Origin: an uncultured Gemmatimonadales bacterium
Lineage (GTDB): Bacteria > Gemmatimonadota > Gemmatimonadetes > Gemmatimonadales > GWC2-71-9
Direction: 5' to 3'
Assembly: GCA_963795085.1 (NCBI GenBank)
Contig: CAWCFX010000006.1
Span: 192,001 to 256,000, forward strand
DNA: 64,000 bases
This document shows, piece by piece, positions 28,259 to 37,880 of the stretch. How positions within the stretch are numbered: position 1 is the first letter of the stretch; each line of letters opens with the position of its first letter. The notes beneath the pieces are model-generated. The model searched no databases. It was not told where the DNA came from and worked only from the letters and a program-made list of their open reading frames with translations. A program made the translations under genes and the position numbers.

Positions 28259-30550
28259 TCACGAATTTTTTCGATGGTCCCGGGAGGGACCCGAAGGCGA
28301 TTGGACGGGCGGGTGTTGTCCCGCTAGTGCTCCCAACACAGAATCGACCAGCCGGACCAGCGATTCGGGCGAGAACGGCTTCTGGATGAAGGGTGAGCCC
28401 TTCGGCAGCAGTCCCCTGAGGACGCGGTCATCACCGGTGTACCCGGACATGAACAGCACAGGTAAGCCCGGGCGGTGCCGGGTGAAGGCATCCGCGACAT
28501 CGCGCCCATTGATACCGGGCATGATGATGTCGGTTACCAGCAGATCGGGCATGTTCGCCGCGTCCAGGCTGTCCAGCGCGTGCTGCCCGTCCATGGACTC
28601 CTCCACCAGGTAACCCGCATCCTCGAGTGAGCGGCGCGTAATCTGGCGTACCGCAGGGTCATCTTCCACCACCAGGATCCGAGTCTGGCTGGTCCTGGCG
28701 CTGGCCCGCCGGGACGGAAGTTCCGCCGCCTTCACCAACTGACCGGCGTCGGCCAGCGGCAGATAGACTTTCACCGTGGTGCCCAGCCCCGGCTCGCTGT
28801 AAGCCCAGACGAAGCCTCCGTGCTGTTTCACGATTCCGTACACCATGGACAGCCCCAGCCCCGTCCCCTGCCCCACGCCCTTGGTCGTAAAGAACGGTTC
28901 GAAGACCTGCTGCAGCGTTTCTCTCGTCATCCCGGAGCCAGAGTCGGAGAAACTCAGCAGCGCGTAGGACCCGGGCACGCTGTGGATGCCGCCGTGCAAC
29001 CGGCCATAGCCTTCGTCCAGGGTGACGTGGCTGAGCCCGATGGTCAAACGGCCACCGGTGGACAGCGCGTCACGGGCATTGGCCGTGAGATTGATAAAGA
29101 CCTGTTCCAGCTGGGTAGGGTCGGCGTCCACGAAGGTCGGCGGACCCTCCGCGGGAATCTCCAGGTGCAGATCGGCCCCCATCAGCCTGGTGAGGAGGGG
29201 ACGCAGTTCCTGCAGGACCGGCAGCAGCGCGAGCCGCCGGGGCTGAGTCACCTGCCGCCGGCTGAATGCCAGCAGCTGCTGGGCGACCTTGGCGGTCCGT
29301 TCCGCGGCGCTGATCATCTGGCGGATGTCGTCGGCCGCTGCCGAAGCCTTGTCCATGGCCCCGAGCGCGAAGCGGCCGCACCCGATGACCACGGTCATCT
29401 GGTTATTGACCTCGTGGGCCATGCCCCCGGCAAATGTCCCCATTGACTGGAGTTTCTGGACCTGGCGCAACTGCTGCTCGGTCCGCATGGCCTCCGTGAT
29501 GTCGGTCGCGGAATTGACCCACTCGGAGCCGGGCGGTGTATGACCCTCAACAGCCACCCGCCGGATGGCCATCAACCGCCAGGCGCCGTCGTACCGGCGG
29601 ACCCGGACCTCCGCTGCCCCCTGAGACTCGGTGCGGATTCTGTCGGGCTCCAGGACCTGGCCGCGCTCATCCGGGTGGATGGCTTCGGCCCAGCCGGTGC
29701 CCTGGCAATCCGGCTCGGACTGGCCAGTGAACTGTCGCCAGGCTTCGGCGTCCGCGACGATCCGGTTGGCCGCATCGGTGACCCAGATGACGCTGGTCGT
29801 CGCCTCTACCAGGGCCCGGTACCGGTCCTCTCGCCGCGCCGCGGCGGCCAGGGCCTGGGCGCGGGCAGCCGCCTCGACCTCCAGCGAGGCCGCGGTGCTC
29901 AGCAGGAGACTGGTCTGGGCCTCCAATTCGGCGGACTGTTCCTGCAGATGTTCGTAGCTCGATTCCAGCTCAACTGTCTGCTCCTTGAGCCGGGCATGCG
30001 CCTCCGCCAGGGCCTGTCCCCGGGTTTCGGCCCGCTGCAGCGCGTCCTGGAGGGCGCCCCGCGTCGTATCCAGCGCCCGCGAGAGGACCGTCGCGCGGGC
30101 CGCGGTTTCCCGGGCTACCTGCGCCCGGGCTGACGCCGTGGCCGCTGCCAGTTCCCCGGACAGCGCGCCAGCCACCAGCGGCAGGAGCAACAGAAAGGCC
30201 GCCCGGTCGGGAGCGGGAGCGGCCGAGCCACCGATCAGGGCGCACACGGACGCGCCGCCTTCCGCCGGATAGCCGCGGACCGGCCTCGGCGCACTATCCC
30301 CGGCCAGCCGGAGTGAACCCGTGACCTCCTCTCCCGCAATAACGGAGCGAAGAAAGGCCTGCCACGCGGAGCCATCGGCGAGCTTCTGGGAGTAGCCCGG
30401 GGCCGGAAGGTAGAGCCCCAGGTCGGGATCGCGCAGAAAGATGAGGAGTGCCTCGGCACCGAAGCGGGCGGCCAGGGCCTGGCTGGCCGCCTCGCGGTGG
30501 CCCGGCTGGATCAGCCGGGAGGCTAACCCCGCGATCACGTCATCAATCAT
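28259..30550 (-). CDS. Hybrid PAS sensor histidine kinase / response regulator (CckA-like architecture)
   Basis: PAS (WAEAIHPDER), H-box AGGMAHEVNN, NLTANARDA, DSGSGM, FEPFFTTK, GTGLGL, receiver DIIMPG..FIQKPF. Confidence 0.92.
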   Translation of the reverse strand: MIDDVIAGLASRLIQPGHREAASQALAARFGAEALLIFLRDPDLGLYLPAPGYSQKLADGSAWQAFLRSVIAGEEVTGSLRLAGDSAPRPVRGYPAEGGASVCALIGGSAAPAPDRAAFLLLLPLVAGALSGELAAATASARAQVARETAARATVLSRALDTTRGALQDALQRAETRGQALAEAHARLKEQTVELESSYEHLQEQSAELEAQTSLLLSTAASLEVEAAARAQALAAAARREDRYRALVEATTSVIWVTDAANRIVADAEAWRQFTGQSEPDCQGTGWAEAIHPDERGQVLEPDRIRTESQGAAEVRVRRYDGAWRLMAIRRVAVEGHTPPGSEWVNSATDITEAMRTEQQLRQVQKLQSMGTFAGGMAHEVNNQMTVVIGCGRFALGAMDKASAAADDIRQMISAAERTAKVAQQLLAFSRRQVTQPRRLALLPVLQELRPLLTRLMGADLHLEIPAEGPPTFVDADPTQLEQVFINLTANARDALSTGGRLTIGLSHVTLDEGYGRLHGGIHSVPGSYALLSFSDSGSGMTRETLQQVFEPFFTTKGVGQGTGLGLSMVYGIVKQHGGFVWAYSEPGLGTTVKVYLPLADAGQLVKAAELPSRRASARTSQTRILVVEDDPAVRQITRRSLEDAGYLVEESMDGQHALDSLDAANMPDLLVTDIIMPGINGRDVADAFTRHRPGLPVLFMSGYTGDDRVLRGLLPKGSPFIQKPFSPESLVRLVDSVLGALAGQHPPVQSPSGPSRDHRKNS

Positions 30551-30554
30551 CGGC

Positions 30555-31718
30555 CTAGGCCGGGATCACGCAAACGACCGCGGTACAGTTGTGGAACCCG
30601 CTGAACTGTCCTTCGGCCCGCGCCACCTGCCCGTACGTATTGAGACCGACATACCTGGTTTCCCCCAGTTCGCCGGCGAGGGCAGCCAGTTCCTGCCCAA
30701 ATTCCTTGCCCAGGCGCAGGCGGGTGGCGACGCAGTCAAAGAAGAGGGCCACCGCCGGCGGGTGGCCCGCCAGTTGGTCGAGCGCATCGCGGGCCGCGGC
30801 TGCTGCCGCCTCAGCCGCGGATGCCGACGTTGTCTTCATGATGCTCACCACCGTGCCGGCGGGAATTTCTGCGGCACAGGTGACGCAGCCGTCCGCGTCC
30901 AACCCCAGGGGCACCCGGAGCCGGTGCTCTTCGCCGGCCTGGACGCCCAGGATATTGTGGAGAAAGAAGGGGACCGGGTCTTCATGGTCGAAGGGCTGGC
31001 CGGTGGCGCTGGCGTGGGCATCGAAAACCTCGACGGCTGGGGCGGCATTGAGGCTGGACAGTACCATGCCCTCCGCGGTCGTCACCCGGACGGGATCGGT
31101 CGCGGGCTGCCACCCGTGGCGGACCCCCACCCCGATCGGCTTGTGGGACAGGATCTCCAGCGCCACGACCGCATTCGTCCGCGCCTCGGTGCCGGCAAAC
31201 ACCATGGTTTCCTGGAAACGGGCGTCGTCACCCGCGCCCCCTCCAAAGAACTGGTAAGTCCCGCCGGTCAGCATCGTCAGTTCTTCCACCAATCCGTCCG
31301 CATGGCCGGCGAGCGCGTCCATCAGCACCAGCGCCGACCGATACCGGAAGTCATGCGAGCTCAATCCACTGAAGCCACGAGCCAGCTCGGCGGCGGCCGC
31401 GGAATAATCTTCCCGGACGTCGCCGGCCATGACGCCGCGGAACTTCATGGAATCCGAATGCAGGGCCACCGCGCAACTCATGCCCTCTCCCTGCCCTTCG
31501 CTGGTGAACTCCCCCGCGCTGGAGCATCCCACCATCACCTCGGGCTGGCAGGCTCCCCGCAGCGATGTCAGTAGTTCCCCATAGTTGTTGCGGGAGGAAG
31601 CAAAGACGATCAGCGCATGGGGAACCCGCCCGCTCAGTTGACTCTTCAGGTCGGCGCCGAGGGCCTGCCCGGCGGCGCGGTCCGTGAGAGAAGTTTGAGC
31701 AATCGCCGCTATCGTCAT
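30555..31718 (-). CDS. FIST N/C domain sensor protein (NosP-like)
   Basis: VGCSSAGEF, FGGGAGDD, GVRHGWQP, FFDCVATR, GLNTYGQ, FHNCTAV. Confidence 0.88.
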   Translation of the reverse strand: MTIAAIAQTSLTDRAAGQALGADLKSQLSGRVPHALIVFASSRNNYGELLTSLRGACQPEVMVGCSSAGEFTSEGQGEGMSCAVALHSDSMKFRGVMAGDVREDYSAAAAELARGFSGLSSHDFRYRSALVLMDALAGHADGLVEELTMLTGGTYQFFGGGAGDDARFQETMVFAGTEARTNAVVALEILSHKPIGVGVRHGWQPATDPVRVTTAEGMVLSSLNAAPAVEVFDAHASATGQPFDHEDPVPFFLHNILGVQAGEEHRLRVPLGLDADGCVTCAAEIPAGTVVSIMKTTSASAAEAAAAAARDALDQLAGHPPAVALFFDCVATRLRLGKEFGQELAALAGELGETRYVGLNTYGQVARAEGQFSGFHNCTAVVCVIPA

Positions 31719-31974
31719 AGAGCCTGGAATTCTGGAAGGGAGAAGCCGGGGGGAGAAAAGGCGGGGAATCGGCGCGAAGAATACACCCAGGTACCAAGCG
31801 CCTCAAGGTCGCTGCCACTCCGGCCGGTCGGGGATCGGATGAGAGCCGCCCAGCGCCGCGACCCACCCGGAACCCCCGGTCCGCCGCCGGGCTACGCCGA
31901 AGGGCACGGAAAAGAGGCTAGATTACACGAGATCACAGATGGCCGGTAATCACCCCGATCCCAAGAGTCGAGCC

Positions 31975-33120
31975 ATGCAGCGACTGACCATGCTCTTTTC
32001 CGTTTTCGCGGTGGCGGCCTGCGGGCCGGCGGATGCCCAGGGCCCCGCTCAGCGGTCCCCGACCCCGGCCTCGACACCAGGGGTGGTTCGGGCGGAAACC
32101 GTGGTGGGCAACCTGGAACACCCCTGGGCCCTCGCCTTCCTGCCCGACGGGCGGATCCTGGTGACCGAGCGCCCGGGACGCCTTCGGATCGTGGACCCCA
32201 GCGGCACAGTGTCCGCCCCGGTGACCGGAGTGCCGACGGTCCATGCGGTCGGGCAGGGTGGGCTTCTGGACGTGGCGGTAGATCCGGACTTCGGCCAGAA
32301 CCAGACCATCTACCTCTCGTACGCCGAGCCGGGGCCGGACGGTACCGCCGGCACCAGCGTCGCCCGGGCCCGGCTCAGCGGGACGGCACTGACGGACGTG
32401 CGGGTGATCTACCAGCAGCGGCCCAAGATGCGGGGCGGCGGCCATTACGGCTCCCGGCTGGTCTTCAGCCGCGACGGCAAGCTCTTCATTACTCAGGGCG
32501 ACCGGATGAACTGGCGGGACAGCGCCCAGTCCCTCACCGCGGGCATGGGCAAGATCATGCGGATCAATACCGACGGGACCATTCCCCAGGACAATCCCTT
32601 CGCCGGCCGGGCCGGTGCCCAGCCCGAGATCTGGTCCTACGGCCACCGGAACCTGCAGGGCGCCGCGCTCCACCCGGAGACCGGCCAGCTCTGGACGGTC
32701 GAACACGGCCCCCGCGGCGGTGACGAACTCAACCACCCCGAGGCCGGGAAGAACTACGGCTGGCCGGTGATCGGCTACGGCATCAACTACGACGGCAGCC
32801 GGGCCCACGAGAGCGCCACCCGGCCGGGCATGGAACAGCCGGTCTATTACTGGGACCCGGTCATCGCCGCCTCGGGCATGGCGTTCTACACCGGCAACCG
32901 GTACCCGGGCTGGGCCGGCAGCGTGTTCATCGGGTCCATGACGCCCGGGGCCCTGGTCCGGCTCGAAATGAGCAATGGCCAGGTGACCCGCGAAGAGCGG
33001 TACCTGGGCGAGGTGAACGCCCGGATCCGCGATGTGCAGCAGGGCCCCGATGGGCTGCTGTACCTGGTGACCGACGCCGATAACGGCCAGCTGCTGCGGG
33101 TCCTGCCAGCCAGCCGCTGA
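31975..33120 (+). CDS. PQQ-dependent sugar dehydrogenase (YliI/Asd-like), probable lipoprotein
   Basis: VAAC lipobox; LEHPWALAFLPDG, GQGGLLD, HYGSRL, IWSYGHRN, EHGPRGGDELN, NYGWP, RIRDVQQGPDG. Confidence 0.92.
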   Translation: MQRLTMLFSVFAVAACGPADAQGPAQRSPTPASTPGVVRAETVVGNLEHPWALAFLPDGRILVTERPGRLRIVDPSGTVSAPVTGVPTVHAVGQGGLLDVAVDPDFGQNQTIYLSYAEPGPDGTAGTSVARARLSGTALTDVRVIYQQRPKMRGGGHYGSRLVFSRDGKLFITQGDRMNWRDSAQSLTAGMGKIMRINTDGTIPQDNPFAGRAGAQPEIWSYGHRNLQGAALHPETGQLWTVEHGPRGGDELNHPEAGKNYGWPVIGYGINYDGSRAHESATRPGMEQPVYYWDPVIAASGMAFYTGNRYPGWAGSVFIGSMTPGALVRLEMSNGQVTREERYLGEVNARIRDVQQGPDGLLYLVTDADNGQLLRVLPASR

Positions 33121-34010
33121 TGGCTCGCTACCGGTACTACATCTGCGACGTCTTTACCGAGACGCGCTTCGGAGGCAACCAGCTGGCGGTGCTGCCCGCC
33201 GCCAGCGGCCTCACCGACCGGCAGATGCAGCAGGTCGCCCGGGAGTTCAATTTCCCGGAGTCCACCTTCGTCTTTCCCTCCTCGACCCATACCCGCCGGG
33301 TCCGGATCTTCACACCCGCGATCGAGATGCCCTTCGCCGGCCATCCCAACATCGGGACCGCGTTCGTGTTAGCCGAGACCGGCGAACTGGGACCGGCCAC
33401 CGAGGTTGTCTTCGATGAAAAGGCCGGACCCGTCACCATCACCATCCAGCGGCGGGACGGCCGCACCTGGTGCGAACTTACCGCGCCGCAATCCCTTCAG
33501 CTTGGTGAGACGGTATCTCCCGAGCTGCTGGCGGAGGCCATCGGGCTGGCCCCCGCTGACATCGTCACCACCACCCACGAGCCCCGCGTGGCCTCGGTCG
33601 GGTTCCCGTTCCTGTTCGGCGAACTCCAGAACCGGGAGGCGCTGGCCCGGGCCCGCTCCAACCCCGTGGGGCTGGATGCCCTCGTCGCGCGCAAGATCGC
33701 CCCGGACATTCATCTCTATGTCCGGAGCGGCGACGAGTTCGATCTCCGGGCCCGGATGTTCATGCCGCTCGACGGCATCCCCGAAGACCCCGCGACCGGG
33801 AGCGCCAACTGCGCTCTCGCCGCGCTCCTGGCCACCTGCGACCCGGCGGACGCGGGAGATTTCACGTTCCGAATCGCGCAGGGAGTCGAGATGGGCCGAC
33901 CCAGCGTCCTCCACGCGCGAGCCAGCAAGCGCGCCGGCGTGGTGGCACCGCCCCGGATCGGGGGCACCTGCGTGATGGTCAGCGAAGGCACGATCGAAGT
34001 GGACGGCTGA
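33120..34010 (+). CDS. PhzF family isomerase
   Basis: DVFT..FGGNQLAV, ESTFV, EMPFAGHP, EDPATGSA, QGVEMGRPS. Confidence 0.92.
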   Translation: MARYRYYICDVFTETRFGGNQLAVLPAASGLTDRQMQQVAREFNFPESTFVFPSSTHTRRVRIFTPAIEMPFAGHPNIGTAFVLAETGELGPATEVVFDEKAGPVTITIQRRDGRTWCELTAPQSLQLGETVSPELLAEAIGLAPADIVTTTHEPRVASVGFPFLFGELQNREALARARSNPVGLDALVARKIAPDIHLYVRSGDEFDLRARMFMPLDGIPEDPATGSANCALAALLATCDPADAGDFTFRIAQGVEMGRPSVLHARASKRAGVVAPPRIGGTCVMVSEGTIEVDG

Positions 34011-34113
34011 CGGCCCGCTTCGAGCGCAAGAATCGGAGTGCCGGCCCGGGCGAAGTGCCCCAGATTGTGGCGACAGCAGGACCACCATCGGGCTTTCAGC
34101 CGGAGCTTCTCAA

Positions 34114-34653
34114 ATGAGCGCACCCCGTACCACCCCGGCCGCGGACCCAGCGACGCAGCCCGCCGCCATCCGCTACTTCGGTATCCCAACCGCCATGGCG
34201 GGCCAGGTTCGGGCGACCATGGCCGCACCGCGCTATGGCCACCCCGCCCACCGGGAGACCGCCACCGGGTACGGCCCCTGCCGACACTGCCTGCGGACCT
34301 TCGCGGTCGGCCGGGACGCCAGGATTCTCTTCACCTGGGATCCCTTTCAGGACCTGGAGGACCTTCCCCTGCCCGGTCCCGTGTTCATCCACGCGGAGCC
34401 CTGCCCGCGCTACCCCGAGGACGGTGGCTTCCCGGAGGATCTCCGCCCGCACCCGCTCACGCTCAACGCCTATGGATCTGGGCGCCGGCTGGTGAGCCAG
34501 GTACATGCCGCGGCCGGCGAGGGCGAATCTCAACTGGCTCAGCTGCTGGCCGATGACCAGATCGCCTACGTCCACGTGCGCGATACCGCCGCCGGCTGCT
34601 ACGACTTTCGGGCCGAGCGCGGGTCGACACTGCCTGACGGCGCCGCCCGATGA
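34114..34653 (+). CDS. DUF1203 family protein
   Basis: GPCRHCL, GPVFIHAEPC, AYVHVRDTAAGCY. Confidence 0.75.
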   Translation: MSAPRTTPAADPATQPAAIRYFGIPTAMAGQVRATMAAPRYGHPAHRETATGYGPCRHCLRTFAVGRDARILFTWDPFQDLEDLPLPGPVFIHAEPCPRYPEDGGFPEDLRPHPLTLNAYGSGRRLVSQVHAAAGEGESQLAQLLADDQIAYVHVRDTAAGCYDFRAERGSTLPDGAAR

Positions 34654-34766
34654 CGGGCCGGCCGTCGCGCGCGCGTGGCACGGGCTGCATGCCGCTTCGC
34701 CGGCCTGCCGCCTTTGGCCGCAAGAACCGGAGTGACCCCGCCGGCCCATGGTTGTAGAATGATTCC

Positions 34767-35855
34767 ATGCCTACGCCCCCTGCCCCCCCGGCGATGACCG
34801 GCCCGGATATCGAGCACGACCCCCGGTGGGCCGCTGTCCTGGCCCGGAGCACCGAGGCCGACGGGACCTTCTACTACTCCGTGGCCACGACCGGCGTGTA
34901 CTGCCGTCCCTCCTGCCCGTCCCGCAGGCCCCGCCCGGCGAACGTGCGGTTCCACGAATCGGCGGCCGCGGCCCGGGCGGCGGGCTTTCGCCCCTGCCGG
35001 CGCTGCCAACCGGACCAGCCCTCGCTCGCCGCGCGGCAAGCTGCCCTGGTCGCCCGGAGTTGCCGGACCATCGAAACGGCGGCGAGCATGCCTTCGCTGG
35101 ACACGCTGGCCCGCGAGGCCGGCTTGAGCCCGTTTCATTTTCACCGGGTCTTCAAGTCTCTCACCGGGCTCACGCCGCGCGCGTACGCGGCGGCCCACCG
35201 TGCCGGCCGGCTCCGCCGCCACCTGGAGGACAACGTGAGCATCACCACGGCGATGTACGAGGCCGGGTACGGTTCCAGCGGCCGCTTCTACGGCGAGTCC
35301 TCCCGGGTGCTCGGCATGACGCCGACCGACTACCGTGCCGGGGGCGCCGCCAGCACGATCCGGTTCGCCGTGGGTGAATGTTCGCTGGGCTCCATTTTGG
35401 TAGCGCAGAGCCAGCGCGGCGTATGCGCCATTCTCCTGGGAGATGATCCGGACGCGCTGGTAAAGAACCTCCAGGACCGCTTTCCGCAGGCCGGCCTGGT
35501 GGGCGACGACCCGGATTTTGCCCGCGTCGTATCGCAGGTGGTGGGATTCGTCGAATCGCCCCGGCTGGGGCTCGATCTACCGCTGGACGTCCGGGGCACC
35601 GCGTTCCAGGAGCGGGTGTGGCGGGCCCTGCGCGAGATCCCCAGCGGAACCACGGTCACCTACGCCGAGATCGCGGAACGGCTCGGGGCGCCCGGCGCCG
35701 TGCGGGCGGTGGCGGGGGCCTGCGCCGCCAACCCGGTTGCGGTCGCCATTCCCTGCCACCGGGTGGTGCGGAAAGATGGCGGTCTCTCGGGGTATCGCTG
35801 GGGGGTGGAACGGAAGCGACTGCTCCTGGAACGGGAGACCCGTCAGGGCGCGTAG
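34767..35855 (+). CDS. ada: Bifunctional Ada transcriptional activator / O6-methylguanine-DNA methyltransferase
   Basis: TTGVYCRPSC, GFRPCRRC, AraC HTH LSPFHFHRVFK, IPCHRV active site. Confidence 0.95.
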   Translation: MPTPPAPPAMTGPDIEHDPRWAAVLARSTEADGTFYYSVATTGVYCRPSCPSRRPRPANVRFHESAAAARAAGFRPCRRCQPDQPSLAARQAALVARSCRTIETAASMPSLDTLAREAGLSPFHFHRVFKSLTGLTPRAYAAAHRAGRLRRHLEDNVSITTAMYEAGYGSSGRFYGESSRVLGMTPTDYRAGGAASTIRFAVGECSLGSILVAQSQRGVCAILLGDDPDALVKNLQDRFPQAGLVGDDPDFARVVSQVVGFVESPRLGLDLPLDVRGTAFQERVWRALREIPSGTTVTYAEIAERLGAPGAVRAVAGACAANPVAVAIPCHRVVRKDGGLSGYRWGVERKRLLLERETRQGA

Positions 35856-37792
35856 GGGTCCTCCACCCGCTTGATCACCGGGGGCCGGATCCCCGGCCCG
35901 GCGTTGGCCTCGGCCCGCACCCGCTGGCCGAGCTGCGCCGTGAAGTAGGCGAGCACGTTCTCCGGCTTGATCCGCCGGGTGGCGTGCAGCGCCTTGAGGA
36001 CGTCTTCATCCCGCCGCCCGTCAATCAGGTCCTTGATCATGTTCGCGGTGATCGCCCGGTCCAGCCCGCGGAGCTGGCGGGCCACCGCCGCGTCCAGGGA
36101 CAGGTCAGGCTGGGGCGGGAACTGTTCGACGCCGTCCCGGCCCGACATGATGGCGGGCTTGGGGAAGCGCACGAAGACCGGCTGGGTAAAGTGGGGGTGC
36201 CGGATCATCAGCTCTCCCTTGGGCATGGTGGCGAGCTTGATCTTGGTCGCCGCCGAGATGGTCGCGTAGCCCGGCGTCGCCAGTTCGTCCATGTCCATCC
36301 GGCCGTAGACGGTGGTCCCGGCGTTGCCGACCACCCGGCGCATCACCTGGGAACGGAACTGCTGCGCCGAGAAGAGCACCAGGCCGAGGTAGCGGCCCCG
36401 CTCGGACAGGTCGAGCAGCATCTTCTTGACGTAGGTATCGGGGCCGTCGGCCGGCGCGTACTTGTTCAGCTCGTCCACGAAGACTACCACGTGGTCCACG
36501 CCCAGGTCCTGCCGCTCCAGGTGTTCCCGCAGCCGGGAGACCACGCGGGCAAAGACGAGGTCCTGGGCCAGCGGGTCCAGCCCGGCGATATCGAGCACGT
36601 ACATTCCGCGGTCCTCGAACCGGCCCCAGGGCAGGTCGTTGACCCGGCCATCGTCGGTCACCAGGCCCTTGGACCGGACGCTGATGTTGGAGAGCCGGTT
36701 CCGCACCTTCCGGATCGTCGCCACGTGGTGGGTCCGCCAGACCTCGCCCCCCCGTCCCAGGGCCTCCATGTAGTCGAAGATCGACCGGAAAAAGACCTCG
36801 AGATCGGCGAAGGTCTGGACCTGGAACGGCCGGTCGCGCAGCTCCCGGTCCTCGTACTTGCGCCCCACCACCCGCTCGGCCAGGAAGTCAATAAAGGCGT
36901 CGGCCTTGGCGTCGATGTCGTCACGGTTGAGGACCACGTCGGCGTAGTCCAGCACTTCGCGGAGCCCCCAGATCAGCGGCTCGGTGTTATGGGCCAGCGC
37001 CTCGTTGGAACGCAGCGTGTTCAGGTTGGCCCCGTCCGCCTTGTAGGGCGCGTAATACCGGGCGTTGCGGAAGGGTTCCGGCTCCAGGCCCAGGCGGGCA
37101 TAGAGACGCCGGTCCTCGTCGGAGATCGGGGCCGGTTGATCGAGGAACAGCAGGTCCGGCCCTTTCACGTTGAAGCAGAGCGCCGCGATGCTGCCTTTTT
37201 TCGCGGGGAAGGTCTGGAAGATGCTGCTCAGAAAGAGTTCGACCGCGCTGGTCTTGGTCGCCAGGCCGGAGACGCCGGTGATGTTGAGATGGGCCGCCTC
37301 GGGGCCGAGCAGGAAATCGGCGTCCAGGAACACCGGCGCGTCGAGCCCCCCCGCGCGGTAGGCCCCGATCGGGATGCCGGTGCTCGACTCGGTGCCGGTG
37401 TAGCCATCCATCCGGAGCGCGGTCGCGACGTCGGTATCGTCGGCCAGGAAGACCTGGGCCAGCGGGACCGGCTGCAGCGGCTCTTCCGGCGTCTGCCGCA
37501 GCACCGCCGCCGCGAACAGCCGGATCTCGGCTCGCTCCGTCGGCTGCAGGGCGATCGCGGCGGGATCGCCGTCGGCGCCGATCACGTCGTGCATCGGGGT
37601 CAGCAGGTCGGAATAGGCGAATGCCTCGGTCACGATGCCGTGCACCACCCGGCCCGGACTTTCCACCCGCACGATAGCGCCAATCCCGATCGGCGATTCG
37701 CGGGCCGTCCAGAAATAGAACTGGTAGGGAGTGGAGGGGCGCAGTTCCGTCGCAACGACGCGGCCGGCGGGCAGGGATGGATCCTGAGGCAT
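35843..37792 (-). CDS. herA: HerA-like ATPase (HAS barrel plus FtsK/HerA ATPase)
   Basis: N-terminal HAS-barrel-like region; HLNITGVSGLATKT Walker A variant, VVVFVDELNKY Walker B, ERGRYLG arginine finger, SAQQ. Confidence 0.85.
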   Translation of the reverse strand: MPQDPSLPAGRVVATELRPSTPYQFYFWTARESPIGIGAIVRVESPGRVVHGIVTEAFAYSDLLTPMHDVIGADGDPAAIALQPTERAEIRLFAAAVLRQTPEEPLQPVPLAQVFLADDTDVATALRMDGYTGTESSTGIPIGAYRAGGLDAPVFLDADFLLGPEAAHLNITGVSGLATKTSAVELFLSSIFQTFPAKKGSIAALCFNVKGPDLLFLDQPAPISDEDRRLYARLGLEPEPFRNARYYAPYKADGANLNTLRSNEALAHNTEPLIWGLREVLDYADVVLNRDDIDAKADAFIDFLAERVVGRKYEDRELRDRPFQVQTFADLEVFFRSIFDYMEALGRGGEVWRTHHVATIRKVRNRLSNISVRSKGLVTDDGRVNDLPWGRFEDRGMYVLDIAGLDPLAQDLVFARVVSRLREHLERQDLGVDHVVVFVDELNKYAPADGPDTYVKKMLLDLSERGRYLGLVLFSAQQFRSQVMRRVVGNAGTTVYGRMDMDELATPGYATISAATKIKLATMPKGELMIRHPHFTQPVFVRFPKPAIMSGRDGVEQFPPQPDLSLDAAVARQLRGLDRAITANMIKDLIDGRRDEDVLKALHATRRIKPENVLAYFTAQLGQRVRAEANAGPGIRPPVIKRVEDPYAP

Positions 37793-37806
37793 GGCCAATA
37801 GTAATG

Positions 37807-37880
37807 GTGAGCAGTGAGAAGTGAGAGGTAAGAGGGAGTTCCTTCTCACTGCTCACCTCTCACTTCTCAATGCTCACTGC
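37807..37880. repeat. 7-bp GTGAGAA/TTCTCAC-type repeats in inverted arrangement (hairpin)
   Basis: GTGAGCAGTGAGAAGTGAGAG..TTCTCACTGCTCACCTCTCACTTCTCA between nurA and herA. Confidence 0.75.

Noticed and set aside
33120..34010. Phenazine biosynthesis cluster
   Set aside because: Only isolated PhzF-family genes; no phzA/B/D/E/G
35618..37801. 727-aa plus-strand ORF
   Set aside because: Antisense shadow of herA
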